In this document: piece after piece, positions 27,175 through 38,483 of the stretch | How the letters are laid out: every line of letters begins with the position of its first letter | How positions within the stretch are numbered: position 1 is the first letter of the stretch | Assembly: GCF_038025025.1 (NCBI RefSeq) | Contig: NW_027117349.1 | Span: forward strand, 496,001 to 560,000 | Reading direction: 5' to 3' | DNA length: 64,000 nucleotides | From: Phyllosticta citribraziliensis | Lineage: Eukaryota | Translations under genes and position numbers: made by a program | The notes under the pieces: model-generated | Databases searched by the model: none | Seen by the model: the letters and a program-made list of their open reading frames with translations, nothing else | Told to the model about the DNA's origin: nothing

Positions 27175-29116
27175 TTATTATAAGGTTATTTTATTATCTC
27201 CTTAAGTAAGAGCCTAGGTTTCTATTCTAGCTAAAGACTTAAGCTAATAACTCTTCTTTTACTCTATTAAGTAGGTTTAGATTAAAACTATTATATATAT
27301 ATATAATATATAAAACCTAATTACTATATAATACTAACTAGATAGGTTACTAAAATAAGATATAGTACTATAAGTAGTATAGATAGCTATACCTATTAAT
27401 ACTATAGCTTCTAAGAAGTAGGTTATAATTAGTATAAAGGACCTTAAATTAATAAAAGATATAATTAATAAAGTTAGAGGTATTAAGAATATAATAATTA
27501 CTAATAGCTAGACTAATAAGTACTAGATAATTCTTAATTAGCTTATTACTAACTATTATAATAAAGATAAGTATTACTATAAGTATAAAACTAAAGTTAC
27601 TATACTCTAGAACTAACTAATAGCCCTCTAAAATAAGTATAATAAGTATAAGGCTTAGTAGCCTAATAACTTATATATAATAATTAATAACCTTTAAGCT
27701 TAGTTAACTATAAGTAAAGATAATACTAAAGCCCTCTATAATAAGGCTACTATTTACTCTACTAGTAATAGTAGCTCCTATTCTAAGCCCTAAGTCTATA
27801 ACCCTAATAAATTTAATACTAACCTAGATAAATATAAGGACTAGTATAGTAAACTTAATACTAAGCTTTATCTTAATATACTTACTTAGGATAATAATAC
27901 TAAAGTTACTACTTATATCTTATCCTACCTCTCTACTAAAGTAGGTAAAGCCTTTATTAGATATTAGAAGGATAGTATTATTACTATCTTATTCTTTAAG
28001 CTAAAGTATAAGCTTAATTCTATATATAGTATTAAGAATAAGTAAGGTAATACTATTACTAAGCTTAGTACTCTTATATAAAGTATAACCCTACTAAAAG
28101 AGTTCCTTATTAAGTTCTAGTCCCTTATTATAGCTACTAGCTAGGATAATATAACTATAAAGGAAAGTCTATTAGTTAAGTTCTTATATAGTAACTACTA
28201 TCTTATACTTACTTAATATAATAACCCTCTTAATAATATAGTCTTATTCCTTATAGAAATAGCTAATACCTAGGCTACTTATAACTATACCTTTAGTACT
28301 AAGGCTTATAAGGATAGTAATAATAATATATATACTAGTAGATATACCTCTTATAGAGTATATAGTAGATATAGAGGATTCTATAGTAGCTAGGGTAGTA
28401 ATAGTACTAGTACTAATACTACTTATATAGATAATAAGGATATAGATAAGGATAAGGATATTACTAATAAATATAATATATCTATAGTAAAGTACTATAA
28501 CTATAATAAGATAGGCTATTTCTCCTATAACTACCTAGATAAAAGTAAGGATAAGGTTTAGTCTATTTATATTATTAATACTAACTTAGAAAATAAGTAG
28601 CCTTACTTAAAGTTATAGAGTAGGGTATATAAGATAATAGTTTAAATAAGAATAGATTAAGTAGTAATAGACTCTCTTTATCCTACTCTTATATTATCTA
28701 TATATATATTATAGGATAAGTTATCCCTCTCTAAGCCCTAGTAGATACTAGCTATAGAGGGTATATATATATTAATACTTTATTAGTAAACTATCTCTAC
28801 TAGTATAGAGTATATAAGTAGCCTCTAGAAAAGCCTTATATTATAATAGGCTTTACTAGAAAAGACTACTACTAATTTATATACTAATTAAACTTCTACC
28901 TATAGGTAGGACTATATTATAACCTTTTTATACCTTTTATAATTATACTACTTAGTAAGGATTATAATATATATATTAGCTAGGAGTACTAAAGGTAGTA
29001 TAGCTTTATAATTAATATAGAAGCTAGTACCCTAGAGATTTAATAACTAGTAAATATAAATATAGGATTACTCTATAAAAATAGTAAATTATAGATAATA
29101 TCTAAAATCCTAAGGA

Positions 29117-29239
29117 GGATTCTACTAATAGAATCTAGCTAATTAAATAATAAAGAAACTTACTAAATAATTCTACTAGTAGAATTAGACTAATTAGAGT
29201 ATAAGTAGCTAAGCTAGCTAGTTCTACTAGTAGAACTAG
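29117..29239. repeat. Three palindromes at 51-nt period inside Gypsy pol
   Basis: Cores TTCTACTA[A/G]TAGAA start at 29120, 29171 and 29222. Confidence 0.85.
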
Positions 29240-32200
29240 ATGACTAAAAGACTTAAGATAAAAGTAGAAATTCCCTAATAGAAACTAATACTAAGTATAC
29301 TTATAGTAAAGAATTAATTATAGTAATAATTAGATATAAGGCTCTATTACTATTACTATATAAGATATAAGTAAAGTAGGATAGTACTAAAGATATTATC
29401 CCTATCTTATAGTTTATATATAAAAAGATAGTTAAGAAGTATAGCCTAAAGGCCTATAGTACTATATTCCTACTTATAGATAATAATAGTAAGATAGAAA
29501 TAATTATTTATTATTTTATTAATACTAACTACCCTAAAGTAATTAATAATATATAGAATAAAGGAGTAAATTATATTAGCTAAGAAGACCTTAATTACTA
29601 ATAGACTAAGTACTTAAAACTAGCTACTAATCTAAAGACTAAAGTACTAGAGGAGTATTATAACCTACTTAAGGTATTTTTTAAGGAAGTATCTAATAAA
29701 CTTCCCCCTTTCTACTCTAGACTAGACTTTAAAATTAAATTAAGTAGTAATACTACTAGTATTAGATATAGTAGGCTATTATATATATCTAAAGTAATAG
29801 TAGGTAAGATAAAGTAGTATATTTAAGAGAATAAGGCTAAGAATTTTATTAAAAAGAGCTACTCTCCTATCTTATCTTCTATTCTACTAGTTTATAAGTC
29901 TAGAGGTAGTATATAGTTCTATATAAACTACTAATATCTTAATAGTATAATAAAGAAGGATAGATATACTATCCTATTAATTAATAAGACTATTACTCTT
30001 ATTAGGGGAGCTAAATAGTTAACTAAAGTAGATATTAGGTAGGCTTTTAATTATATCCTAGTAGATAAAGACTTATATAATCTTATAATATTCTAAATAA
30101 AATTTAGCACCTATTATTATAAAGTAATACCCTTTAATATTACTAATATACCTATAGTCTAGTAGTACCTTATTAACTAATACCTTATAGAGTTCCTAAA
30201 TAAGTTTTATATAGTATACCTAGATAATATACTTATCTATAATAAGATACTTAGTTAGTATTACTAGTATATCTATAAAGTATTAAAATATCTCTAAGAC
30301 TAGGGTTTATAAGTAGATATTAATAAGTATAATTTCTATATATAAGAAATAAAGTTTTTAGGAGTAATTATTACTACTAAGGGACTAAGAATAGACTCTA
30401 TAAAGATTAAAGTAATTATAGGCTAGTAAGCCCCTTACTCTATATATAATATCTAATTATTCTTAGGATTTATAAACTTTTATAGGTATTTTATCTATAG
30501 ATTTAGTAGTAAAGCTAAGCTACTAATATAACTAATAGGAAAGGATACCCTATTTATATAGGGACTAGAATAGTAGTAGATATTTAAGGCTCTTAAAGAT
30601 ACTATAATAAGTATATCTATATTATACTACTTTAACCTAAAGCTTAAGACTATTATAGAAACTAATATATCTAATATTAATATTAGTAGGGTTCTCTCTT
30701 AAAAGATTAATAGATAGATATACCTAGTAGTATTCTTCTCTTATACTATAACCCTAGCTAAAATAAACTATATAATCTATAATAAAGAGCTATTAGCTAT
30801 TATTATAGTATTTAAAGCCTAGGAGCTAGAGTTAAAGTTAGTAGACCTAGAACTATTTACTATATATACTAATTACTAAATACTATAATAGTTTATAATA
30901 ACTAAGAAGCTCTAAAGGTATTAGATTTAGTAGAATAAAGAACTAGTAGGATACTATTTTAAAATTATCTACTAATTTAGAAAAGTAAATAGTAAGGCTA
31001 ATACTCTTACCTACTAAATATAAGACTAAGTAACTAAGAATAATAATTATAACTAGTACTAGTATTAAGTACTACTTCCCCCTAAAAGATTAGATAAGTC
31101 CTATAAATAGTAGGACCTAAAGCTCTTAAAAGAGAACTAGGCTAACTCTATTATAAATAAACCTAATAATAAGTATACTCCCTTCTATACCCCTCTAAAG
31201 GAGTATAAGGATAATATTATTAAAGATAATCTAGAGTATATTAAGGTAAAGCTAGAGAATAAGTAGCTAATACTACTTATTAGCTCTATACTCCTCTCTC
31301 TCCTAATATAATTTATAAATAATAATAATAATAATTATAAATAGGAAGAGTAGACCTTAATTAATAGGTTAAGCTTAAGAGGGATAGATTATAATACTCC
31401 TTCTCTATTTATCTTATCTTCTACTAGTATAGTAAACCTAATAACTAGTAGAAAGAAAGATAATAGTAATACCTAGATAAAGAACCCTAAAGTTATTACT
31501 AGCTAACTAGATACCTAGAATAAATACCTAGTAGACCTAGAGGATATTATTAAAGTAATTAAATAGTATAACTATAAGATAATACTAGAAATAGACTCTC
31601 TCTATAAGTAAGTAGGAAAGTATAAAGTATATATACTCTATAATAGCTTACTATATATAGCTAATAGGTTATATATCCTAGAGGAGGATAACCTATATAT
31701 CTACTTATTTAGATATATCTATAAGTAGCTAGTAATAGGATATCTAGATACTACTAAAATATACTCTATAGTATTAAACTAGTATTATTTCCTAAAGATA
31801 AGGGAACTAATTACCTAACTTATAAAGAACTATATACTTTATAGCTATAGCTAGAAGTATAATAAGATAAATAGCCTACTATAGCTATTACTAGTAGGAG
31901 AGTACCTATAGAAGGACCTTACTATAGACTTTATAACTAGCCTTAAAAAGACTAAGTAGGGTTATAATACTATCCTTATAGTATATAACTAATTTAGTAA
32001 ATCTAAGTACTATATTAAGTATAGTATAGAAGATAGTAGAATAGGAGTAGCTAAGATAGCTAAAATAATAATTAAGTAGGTCTTTAGCCTTTATAGCCTA
32101 CTAAGGACTATTATCTTAGACTATAGCCTATAGTTTATTACTAATTTATAGAGAGAGGTATTATAGTAATTAAAGATAATAGCTAAGCTAATAATACCCT

Positions 32201-33056
32201 ATTATCTATAGTTAGATAGATAAACTAAATAAGCTAACTAAGAGCTTAAAAAGTATTTATATAGCTTTATTAACTAGTAATAAGATAATTAGGATATATA
32301 GCTCCTAATTACTAAGCTTATAACTAATATACTAGTTAATACCTCTATAGGTATATCCCCCTTCTTTATATATTATAGCTTTAAACTATATATAAGCTTT
32401 AATTATAGTAAAGTAAGACTAAAGTTAAAATTAAGAGCTAAGGTATTAGCTATAGAATAGGTAAAACTAATAGAGGATATCTAGTTAAAGACTTAGTTAG
32501 TACTTATACTTATAAAGGAGAGATAAGTATACTAAGCTAATAAATACTAATATACTTATAATATTTAAGAGAATAACCTTATCTTTATTAAAGTAAAGTA
32601 TATAGATACTAGATACCCCTAGAAGCTTAGATAGCCTAATCTAGGGCTACATTAAGTAGACTCTATAAGAGGTAACTAGGTAATATTAGACTTACTATAA
32701 GGTTCTTATATTATAAACTAATTTAATATAGAATAGCTATATTAATATAATAATAGGCTACTACCTAGTTAATAAGAGCTACCCCTACTACTAGAGCTAA
32801 ATAATAAGAGTAGAGAGGAGTAGTATATATAGAAGGTCCTAGATATCTAGATAAATAAGTAAAGGGGAGGTATACTATAATTTTAGATTTATTAAATAGA
32901 ATATCTACCTAATATAACCTAATAGGATACTAATAATAGCTTATTTAATAGAGTAGCTAAGACTATTCTAGATTAGTATTAGATAAATAATAAAAAGGGA
33001 CTATACCTACCTAATAGCTAGTCCTTAGGTTAAGGACCTAAAGGGAAGAGGGGTAG

Positions 33057-33281
33057 TAAGATAAATTAATAGTAGATAGGTAGTAGAGTAGGTATAAGGT
33101 CTATAAGGATATTAAGATATAGGGTTAGCTAAACCTTAGTTATATAGTAGTATATATACCTAAGTAAGCTATAGGCTAAGTTAGCTATAGCTCTATATCC
33201 TCTCTACTACTCTACCTTATAATTATTAATTATTAGCTAATTAACTTACCTTACTTAGTACTAATTTACTACTTTATAATA
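33057..33281 (+). repeat. 3' LTR of the Gypsy element
   Basis: Direct repeat of 26950-27174, preceded by AAAGGGAAGAGGGG and followed by CTAGA. Confidence 0.96.
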
Positions 33282-34086
33282 CTAGATTAGGATAAGTTAG
33301 ATAGGATACTAGCTAGAAATAAAGCTAATATCTATCTAGTCTAAATAGCCTAGTAGGGCTACCTTAGTAGTAATATAGTAGTATCCTAATTATTCTTAAG
33401 TATAATTATATTATTATAAATAGTCTTAATCTATCTCTAGAGGTTAGTAACTATCTTAAGAGTAGTATTAAGGTTAGGTTATATATATAAAAATTTTTTA
33501 TATATCTACTAGACCCTTCCTAGGAGAGGGTACTAGACTATTAAGAGGATAGGCTTATTACCTATATCCTTCTTAATAGTACTAGTAAGCTAGAAGAGCT
33601 AGTCTATATAGTTCTTAATAATAATAGAGTATTTATTAGTATTAGGGGGGTCTAGTAGGAGTTATAGCTAGATACCTTTTCTACCTCTACTAGTTACTAT
33701 ATTAGGAACTATAATAAAGTAGGTAGTAGGTAGTTGCTATACCCTGTATAAGAAAGATATAGGTGGTTACATACCTATAGGATGTATTGTGGTGGCATAA
33801 TTCTAAAAAGTCAGTTTTATTAAAGTGAGGTGTTTTTGCAGTTTTTCCATCGACGATCACCGCCAAGGTCCCTCGACTCCGTCTTCCGCGTTGCATAACC
33901 GCTATCGGCGATTCATGAATCAAACCCATTCCACGTTCACAACTTCCAACTGGACTATCTTTCGCACGCGAGTGCGACCGCCTTGGGACTGTGTATGCTA
34001 ATGCTATGCTCTCGGATATCATGAGACTTGATTATACAGAGCAAAGAAATCCATCCAGCCGCTGCGGCCATGCTTCCCTCTCTCCG

Positions 34087-35639
34087 TCACGGCGTGGCCG
34101 GTCTCACAGACTGAGGATTGTGGAACACGTCGTCCTTGTCGATTTCGGCCTTGATCTTCTCGAGCCGCCCAAGATTGGGACCCCAATACTCTTGTTGCGC
34201 ATTCTCGAGAAAGGGGTCAACATATCCAGCATATGCGCCTCCAACCCCCGGAACATTGTCGACAATCAGCCGGTTGATCCCGTTCAAAAAATCTCTCGTT
34301 GTCTGTCCAACGCGACCGAGCGTGATTGCGTAACTTTGCATGAAGTACAGCACGTTTCTATGCGGATAAGCCCTTTCGTCACGAGGGACAGTGTTGATGT
34401 AGCCGCCGGACAGGTCAAATATGACGAACCAGAGGAGCGCGTCCTTCCTCGACTTCTCCAGGTACTCGAACAGGGCATCAATAGCCTTGTCGTTCATCAG
34501 CGTTGACGGAGTAAACGCAAGGGATTTGGCGTAAAAAGATGCTTGCGATCCGCTGAGGTGCAAGCCAATATCCTCGAGTGTCTGGCCAATCTTCCCGATG
34601 ACATCGTCCATGATGAAAAGTTCCAATTTTGGACCACTGGGGAGCTGTGCTTCGATGTTGAGGCTGTCAAATTCAGACCGGGGTCCAAAGTATATGCCGT
34701 TGATGTTGATGGTGCGGTCCAGAATGGTCAAAGTCGATGCAAATTTCCAGCTGAGATCGGGATTCGAGACAAGTTTATTCCACGCCTTGAAGGTCTTGGC
34801 TAGAGTTTTCGCGTCGCCCGTCGTGACGTTGTACGTGTAGCGAACCATCTCTCCAGGCTCTGGAGATGTCTGGAACTTGTACTCGGTAATGATGGCAAAG
34901 CTGGCCCCCGCTCCAAGCACGGCGAAAAACACATCCTTGTTCTCGTCTTTGGTTGCTCGGAGGACGGTCGAGTTGGCTAGGACGACCTCAACCTCCACCA
35001 CCTGGTCAGCAGCGGCACCAAGTTGTCGTCCAAGGGGCCCCAATCCACCAATGCTTGCGTGGCCGCCGAGACCCACTTGCGGTGCGACGCCTTGGGAGAT
35101 GATTCTGTTGCCATTCTCATGCAGTCTTTTCTCGCTGTTTTCCAGCAGCGTCCCCGCCCCCATGGTAGCAATCCACGAGGCTCTGTCGATTTCGAACTTT
35201 TGGAAATGCCCCAAATCCACGACAACAGCAGTGGACCCTGCGCCGCCCAAGCCTGCAAAAAGTGAGCAAGAAGCGTAGCGACATTATCGGTGGCCGACAT
35301 ACAGTAATTTGCATAACTGTGCCCACCACTCCTGGCCTGGACCTTTCGCCTGTACTTGACAGCACAGCGGACGACCTCTGCAACTTCTTCTGTTGTTTTC
35401 GGATAGGTTACAGCAGCAGGGGTCACAGGAATGTCGAGATTCAACGGCTTGACGTCTCTGAGCTGGTAAAGAGCCTCATCCGGAAACTGCGCCCGATCTT
35501 TGTCGCCACCCACAGCGTCATTCAAACATCTTTCCAAGTCCTCGTCTTCAGTCCTCGAGACGAGTTCAATGTCGACGGCTCCGGCCGCAGCACCCACCAC
35601 GAGGTACAACAAGAAAGGTAAGAACGGAGAGAGCCACAT
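34087..35639 (-). CDS. Secreted FAD-linked oxidoreductase, BBE/AA7 (glucooligosaccharide oxidase-like); 2 exons
   Basis: Signal peptide MWLSPFLPFLLYLVVGAAAG, PAAVTYPKT, QARSGGHSYANY, VGLGGHASIGGLG, GAGASFAIITEY, and BBE-type C-terminus AYAGYVDP...YWGPNLGRLEKIKAEIDKDDVFHNPQSV. Intron 35253-35302. Confidence 0.92.
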
Positions 35640-36767
35640 TTCCACAGGTCGAACGCTTGTGGGAAGGGTTGAAAGTCGTGCTCAGAAACGAGTCAATAGA
35701 GCACCGGCTTGGTGCAGCACACGCCAAGCTCTCTAAAATCCGTGGATACCTGATGGAACTTTTGTACAAGGTGTAACTACATGCCAAGCTACAGGATTCC
35801 CATCCCCTGTGGCATCTCCAAATTTAACCTCACAAGCTGTCAACTCTACTGGTGAAGCTTATTCAAAATATCTCATTAAACAGCACCGTTTACAGCGGTG
35901 GGCCTGAAGGAGACAGGGACTGCGCCACTTCCGTTAGTATCTGGGGAGGCCCTGTGCTAAATTGCTCCGGTGCCGATGCACACATCGGGCCGCTGCAGAA
36001 ATGCTGAGCCACATTGTGCCACATGCTTCGAGCTGCTTCGAGCTGAGGACTCAGCTTCCACGAGACAGCAGCGGTTGTCGGACAGCGAAGTGGCTGCTGA
36101 GAATATGAAAGTCGACCATTTAGTTCTGAAAACACGCCCTTGGACATCCAACTTGTCGGCAAACAGGTGCAACAACCATCGCCTGGTTATCACTTCTCTA
36201 CCATCTCGAACCAGGGTGCGCCACCGGTATTCCGATCCTACAGATTGACACAAGGTTACACTCAACGAGGAAATCACTGGGAAGATCATCGAGAAATACG
36301 TCCTGCATGCTAGTCGTATTCACCAGTTTCACGCACAGTCGAGCAGTTCGTCGAAACATTTTGATTTTGTTTCCCTTGTTCCATGCTGCAGCCTGAAGCT
36401 ACTGGCTCCACACCTTTAACAAATCAGGCTAACAAAGAAAGTGCGCAACAAAAGAAACACCGGACCATGCTCGAAAAAAGCGACCAAGAAAACCTGGGAA
36501 TCCAACGAGAAAGTGCCATGCAACTCCTTTTCCGCTTTCATGCAGATACAAAAGAAAACACTGGATCATGATCGAACCAAGCAACCAGAAACCGAAGGCC
36601 ATACGACGCTGTCTGCCATACAAAAGAAACGTTACAAAGGAAACGGACACTGAACCATCGTGTAAAGGGAAAGAGAAAATGATGCAAACCAGCGCTCTGC
36701 TGCTCGTCATCGGAACAAAGGAAACTCCTCAGAATCGACGAAACTCTTTCTGGGCGGCGCGAGTCCT

Positions 36768-38483
36768 CTACGAATCCCAAATGGGACCGAAAGCGGGCAC
36801 ACCTCTCGACTCAAGACCGTAAACGATCATCTTGGTGAGGCTGGGGTTGCTGATGACGAAGACGGCTTCGGCGCCAGACTGCTTGTACAGATCATAAGTC
36901 ATGCGCAGCATGTCCGGGCGGCCCTGCTCCTTGGTGTTCCAGATGATGGCGTCCTTGTCGGCCTTCTTGACCATGTCCATGGTGGACTGACCGAAGATCT
37001 TCAAAGGGTTGGGGGCACTCCAAATGACGCGGCAGTCTGTGCGGTCGGCGTCGTTGAGGTTGATGAAGGAGAGGATGGGGCCAATACCGGAGCCGGTGCA
37101 GACGAGGACGCACTTGCGGAAGACGGTTGCCATGGCCAGGACACCGGCCTTGGGGAGACCGCGGAGGTAGTACTCGCGCTCCTGGTTGTCGCCCATCTGA
37201 GCCTTGGTCCAGTCACCGGCGTTGGAGAGCACGATGGAATGTCCGTGAGGATCGGCCTCAGTGGGGTTGGGGAAGGTGGCGAAAGCGTGGTACTGGCCGA
37301 GAGCAGTGGTAGCGAGAGCGACACCACGGAACTGGCCCATCTTCTCGCTGAAGGTCAAGCGGATGGCGTGGTTGGACAGGTTCTCCGACTTGAAGGGGAT
37401 CTTGCGAAGAAGGAACCAGGGATAGATCAAGTGGATGGAGATGATGATCTGGCACCAGAAGGACGGCTCCAAGATGACGGCGTTGCCGAGGGTGATGTTG
37501 TTGGCGATGCGGTTGTTCTCAGCAAGCAAAAGGACCTCGGCCCAGAAGATTGCGACGACGGACCAACCCGCGAAACGGTGGACGTACTCGAACCAGTTGT
37601 GGCGCTTCGCACGCATGGCGGGATAGGCGAAAATCAAAATGGCGACGAGGAGCGTGAAGATGGTGTAGGTGAGGGCGAGAACGACAGGCGCTGCCACGGC
37701 GAACTGGCCCTTCGCAAACTGATAAGTCAACACAGCGGTCAGGAGCACGTACCAGATACTTCCGCTGACGGCCGCACCGCTGTGGACACCGCCGTTCTCA
37801 TAGCACTTGGCGACTATGCGGCGGAGCTTGAGCGGAGTCCAAAGCGGCGTCAACCTGAAACCGTCATAGATGGCGTTGTTGATGTAGTCTTGACGGATCA
37901 AGATGGCGAGCATAAAGTTGCAGGCAGTGGCCGTGGCAAGAGGAGAGGCGGGAATGTTGATAGAGCGGTAGTGGCAGATGAGCCAGATAAAGGCCACAAG
38001 GTTGCTGCCGAGGACGATGGTAAAAAGACGGCGGTAGACGATGAGGAGCTTGTGGCGGAGGTTGCGAACAACGACCGGGTATTTCTTGTCAGGAAGCTCA
38101 GTGAAAGCGACCTCGTCCAGACCGTCCTCGTCCTCTCCCTCCTCGAGCTTGACGTTCTCAAAGACAGCAGCAGTGGTTGCCGTCGAGCCGCTGGCCAGAG
38201 TCACGGCCGAAGTCGCTGGGGTCTCGCCCTTAGGACTACGACTGCGATTGCGAACAACACTCCCGGTGTTGTCATCGCGAGTGGTCGACCTCGATGATCT
38301 TATTTCGGAGGACATTTTGTTGTACAAGCGCTGCTCGTATGCTTCGAAGTCGGTTGCGGTGAAGGTGTTGTAGTAGTAGGGATTAGGGCAACCCTCAGTG
38401 CTGTCCTGAGCCTGAGGAGAGTCGATTGGATTGGTTGGTATGATGATGGCTCCGAAGCGACGGTTGTGTGCCTTTAAAGACAT
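36768..38483 (-). CDS. TmpA-like integral membrane flavoprotein (about 6 TM helices + FAD/NAD(P)-binding FNR-like domain)
   Basis: Intronless 571-aa ORF with YRRLF, GGVHSGAA, HNWFEYVHRFAGW, HAFAT, AGDWT, CTGSGIGP, GRPDM and EAVFVISNP...ESRGVPAFGPIWDS. These match my recollection of the TmpA/TmpL family. Confidence 0.8.
   Translation of the reverse strand: MSLKAHNRRFGAIIIPTNPIDSPQAQDSTEGCPNPYYYNTFTATDFEAYEQRLYNKMSSEIRSSRSTTRDDNTGSVVRNRSRSPKGETPATSAVTLASGSTATTAAVFENVKLEEGEDEDGLDEVAFTELPDKKYPVVVRNLRHKLLIVYRRLFTIVLGSNLVAFIWLICHYRSINIPASPLATATACNFMLAILIRQDYINNAIYDGFRLTPLWTPLKLRRIVAKCYENGGVHSGAAVSGSIWYVLLTAVLTYQFAKGQFAVAAPVVLALTYTIFTLLVAILIFAYPAMRAKRHNWFEYVHRFAGWSVVAIFWAEVLLLAENNRIANNITLGNAVILEPSFWCQIIISIHLIYPWFLLRKIPFKSENLSNHAIRLTFSEKMGQFRGVALATTALGQYHAFATFPNPTEADPHGHSIVLSNAGDWTKAQMGDNQEREYYLRGLPKAGVLAMATVFRKCVLVCTGSGIGPILSFINLNDADRTDCRVIWSAPNPLKIFGQSTMDMVKKADKDAIIWNTKEQGRPDMLRMTYDLYKQSGAEAVFVISNPSLTKMIVYGLESRGVPAFGPIWDS

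Larger units (their letters stand above)
26950..33281 (+). mobile_element. RIP-inactivated full-length Ty3/Gypsy chromovirus LTR retrotransposon (6332 bp)
   Basis: 225-bp LTRs, CTAGA target duplication (26945-26949, 33282-33286) and polypurine tract at 33040-33053. De-RIPped motifs: gag CX2CX4HX4C (28493-28534), protease ALVDTG (28735-28752), RT K.GGG.RFCVDYR (~29896) and YLDD (30217-30228), RNase H ETDASD and DKELLAI (~30660-30800), integrase GHPG, MDFITGL, SDRGPQF and YHPQSDGQTER, and chromodomain EEWYVQKVLD (~32815). Confidence 0.95.
19613..33837 (-). mobile_element. RIP-inactivated Tad1-clade LINE (non-LTR retrotransposon), ~7.9 kb net, interrupted by a Gypsy element
   Basis: Flanked by the direct repeat GCAGTTTTTC[T/C]AT (19600-19612, 33838-33850), with an AT-rich tail at 19613-19640. 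De-RIPped minus-strand motifs: CCHC knuckles (~26180-26360), endonuclease AIQEPW (~25230) and GDFNLHH..WGG (~24870-24905), RT DLKGAFD (~23510), PQGS.LSP (~23340) and YIDD (~23250), RNase H YTDG (~22320), and C-terminal C..C..QTVQHILLDC (~21590). CA, TG and CG dinucleotides are almost absent. Confidence 0.88.

Noticed and set aside
29117..29290. Repeat-spacer look, with TTCTACT...GTAGA resembling a Cas12a repeat
   Set aside because: It lies in frame within a fungal retrotransposon pol, has only three units with partly related spacers, and there are no cas genes. Kept only as a hairpin array.
19600..33850. AT-rich block as mitochondrial insertion, horizontal transfer or centromere
   Set aside because: Loss of CA/TG/CG and the readable retroelement motifs explain it fully as RIP.
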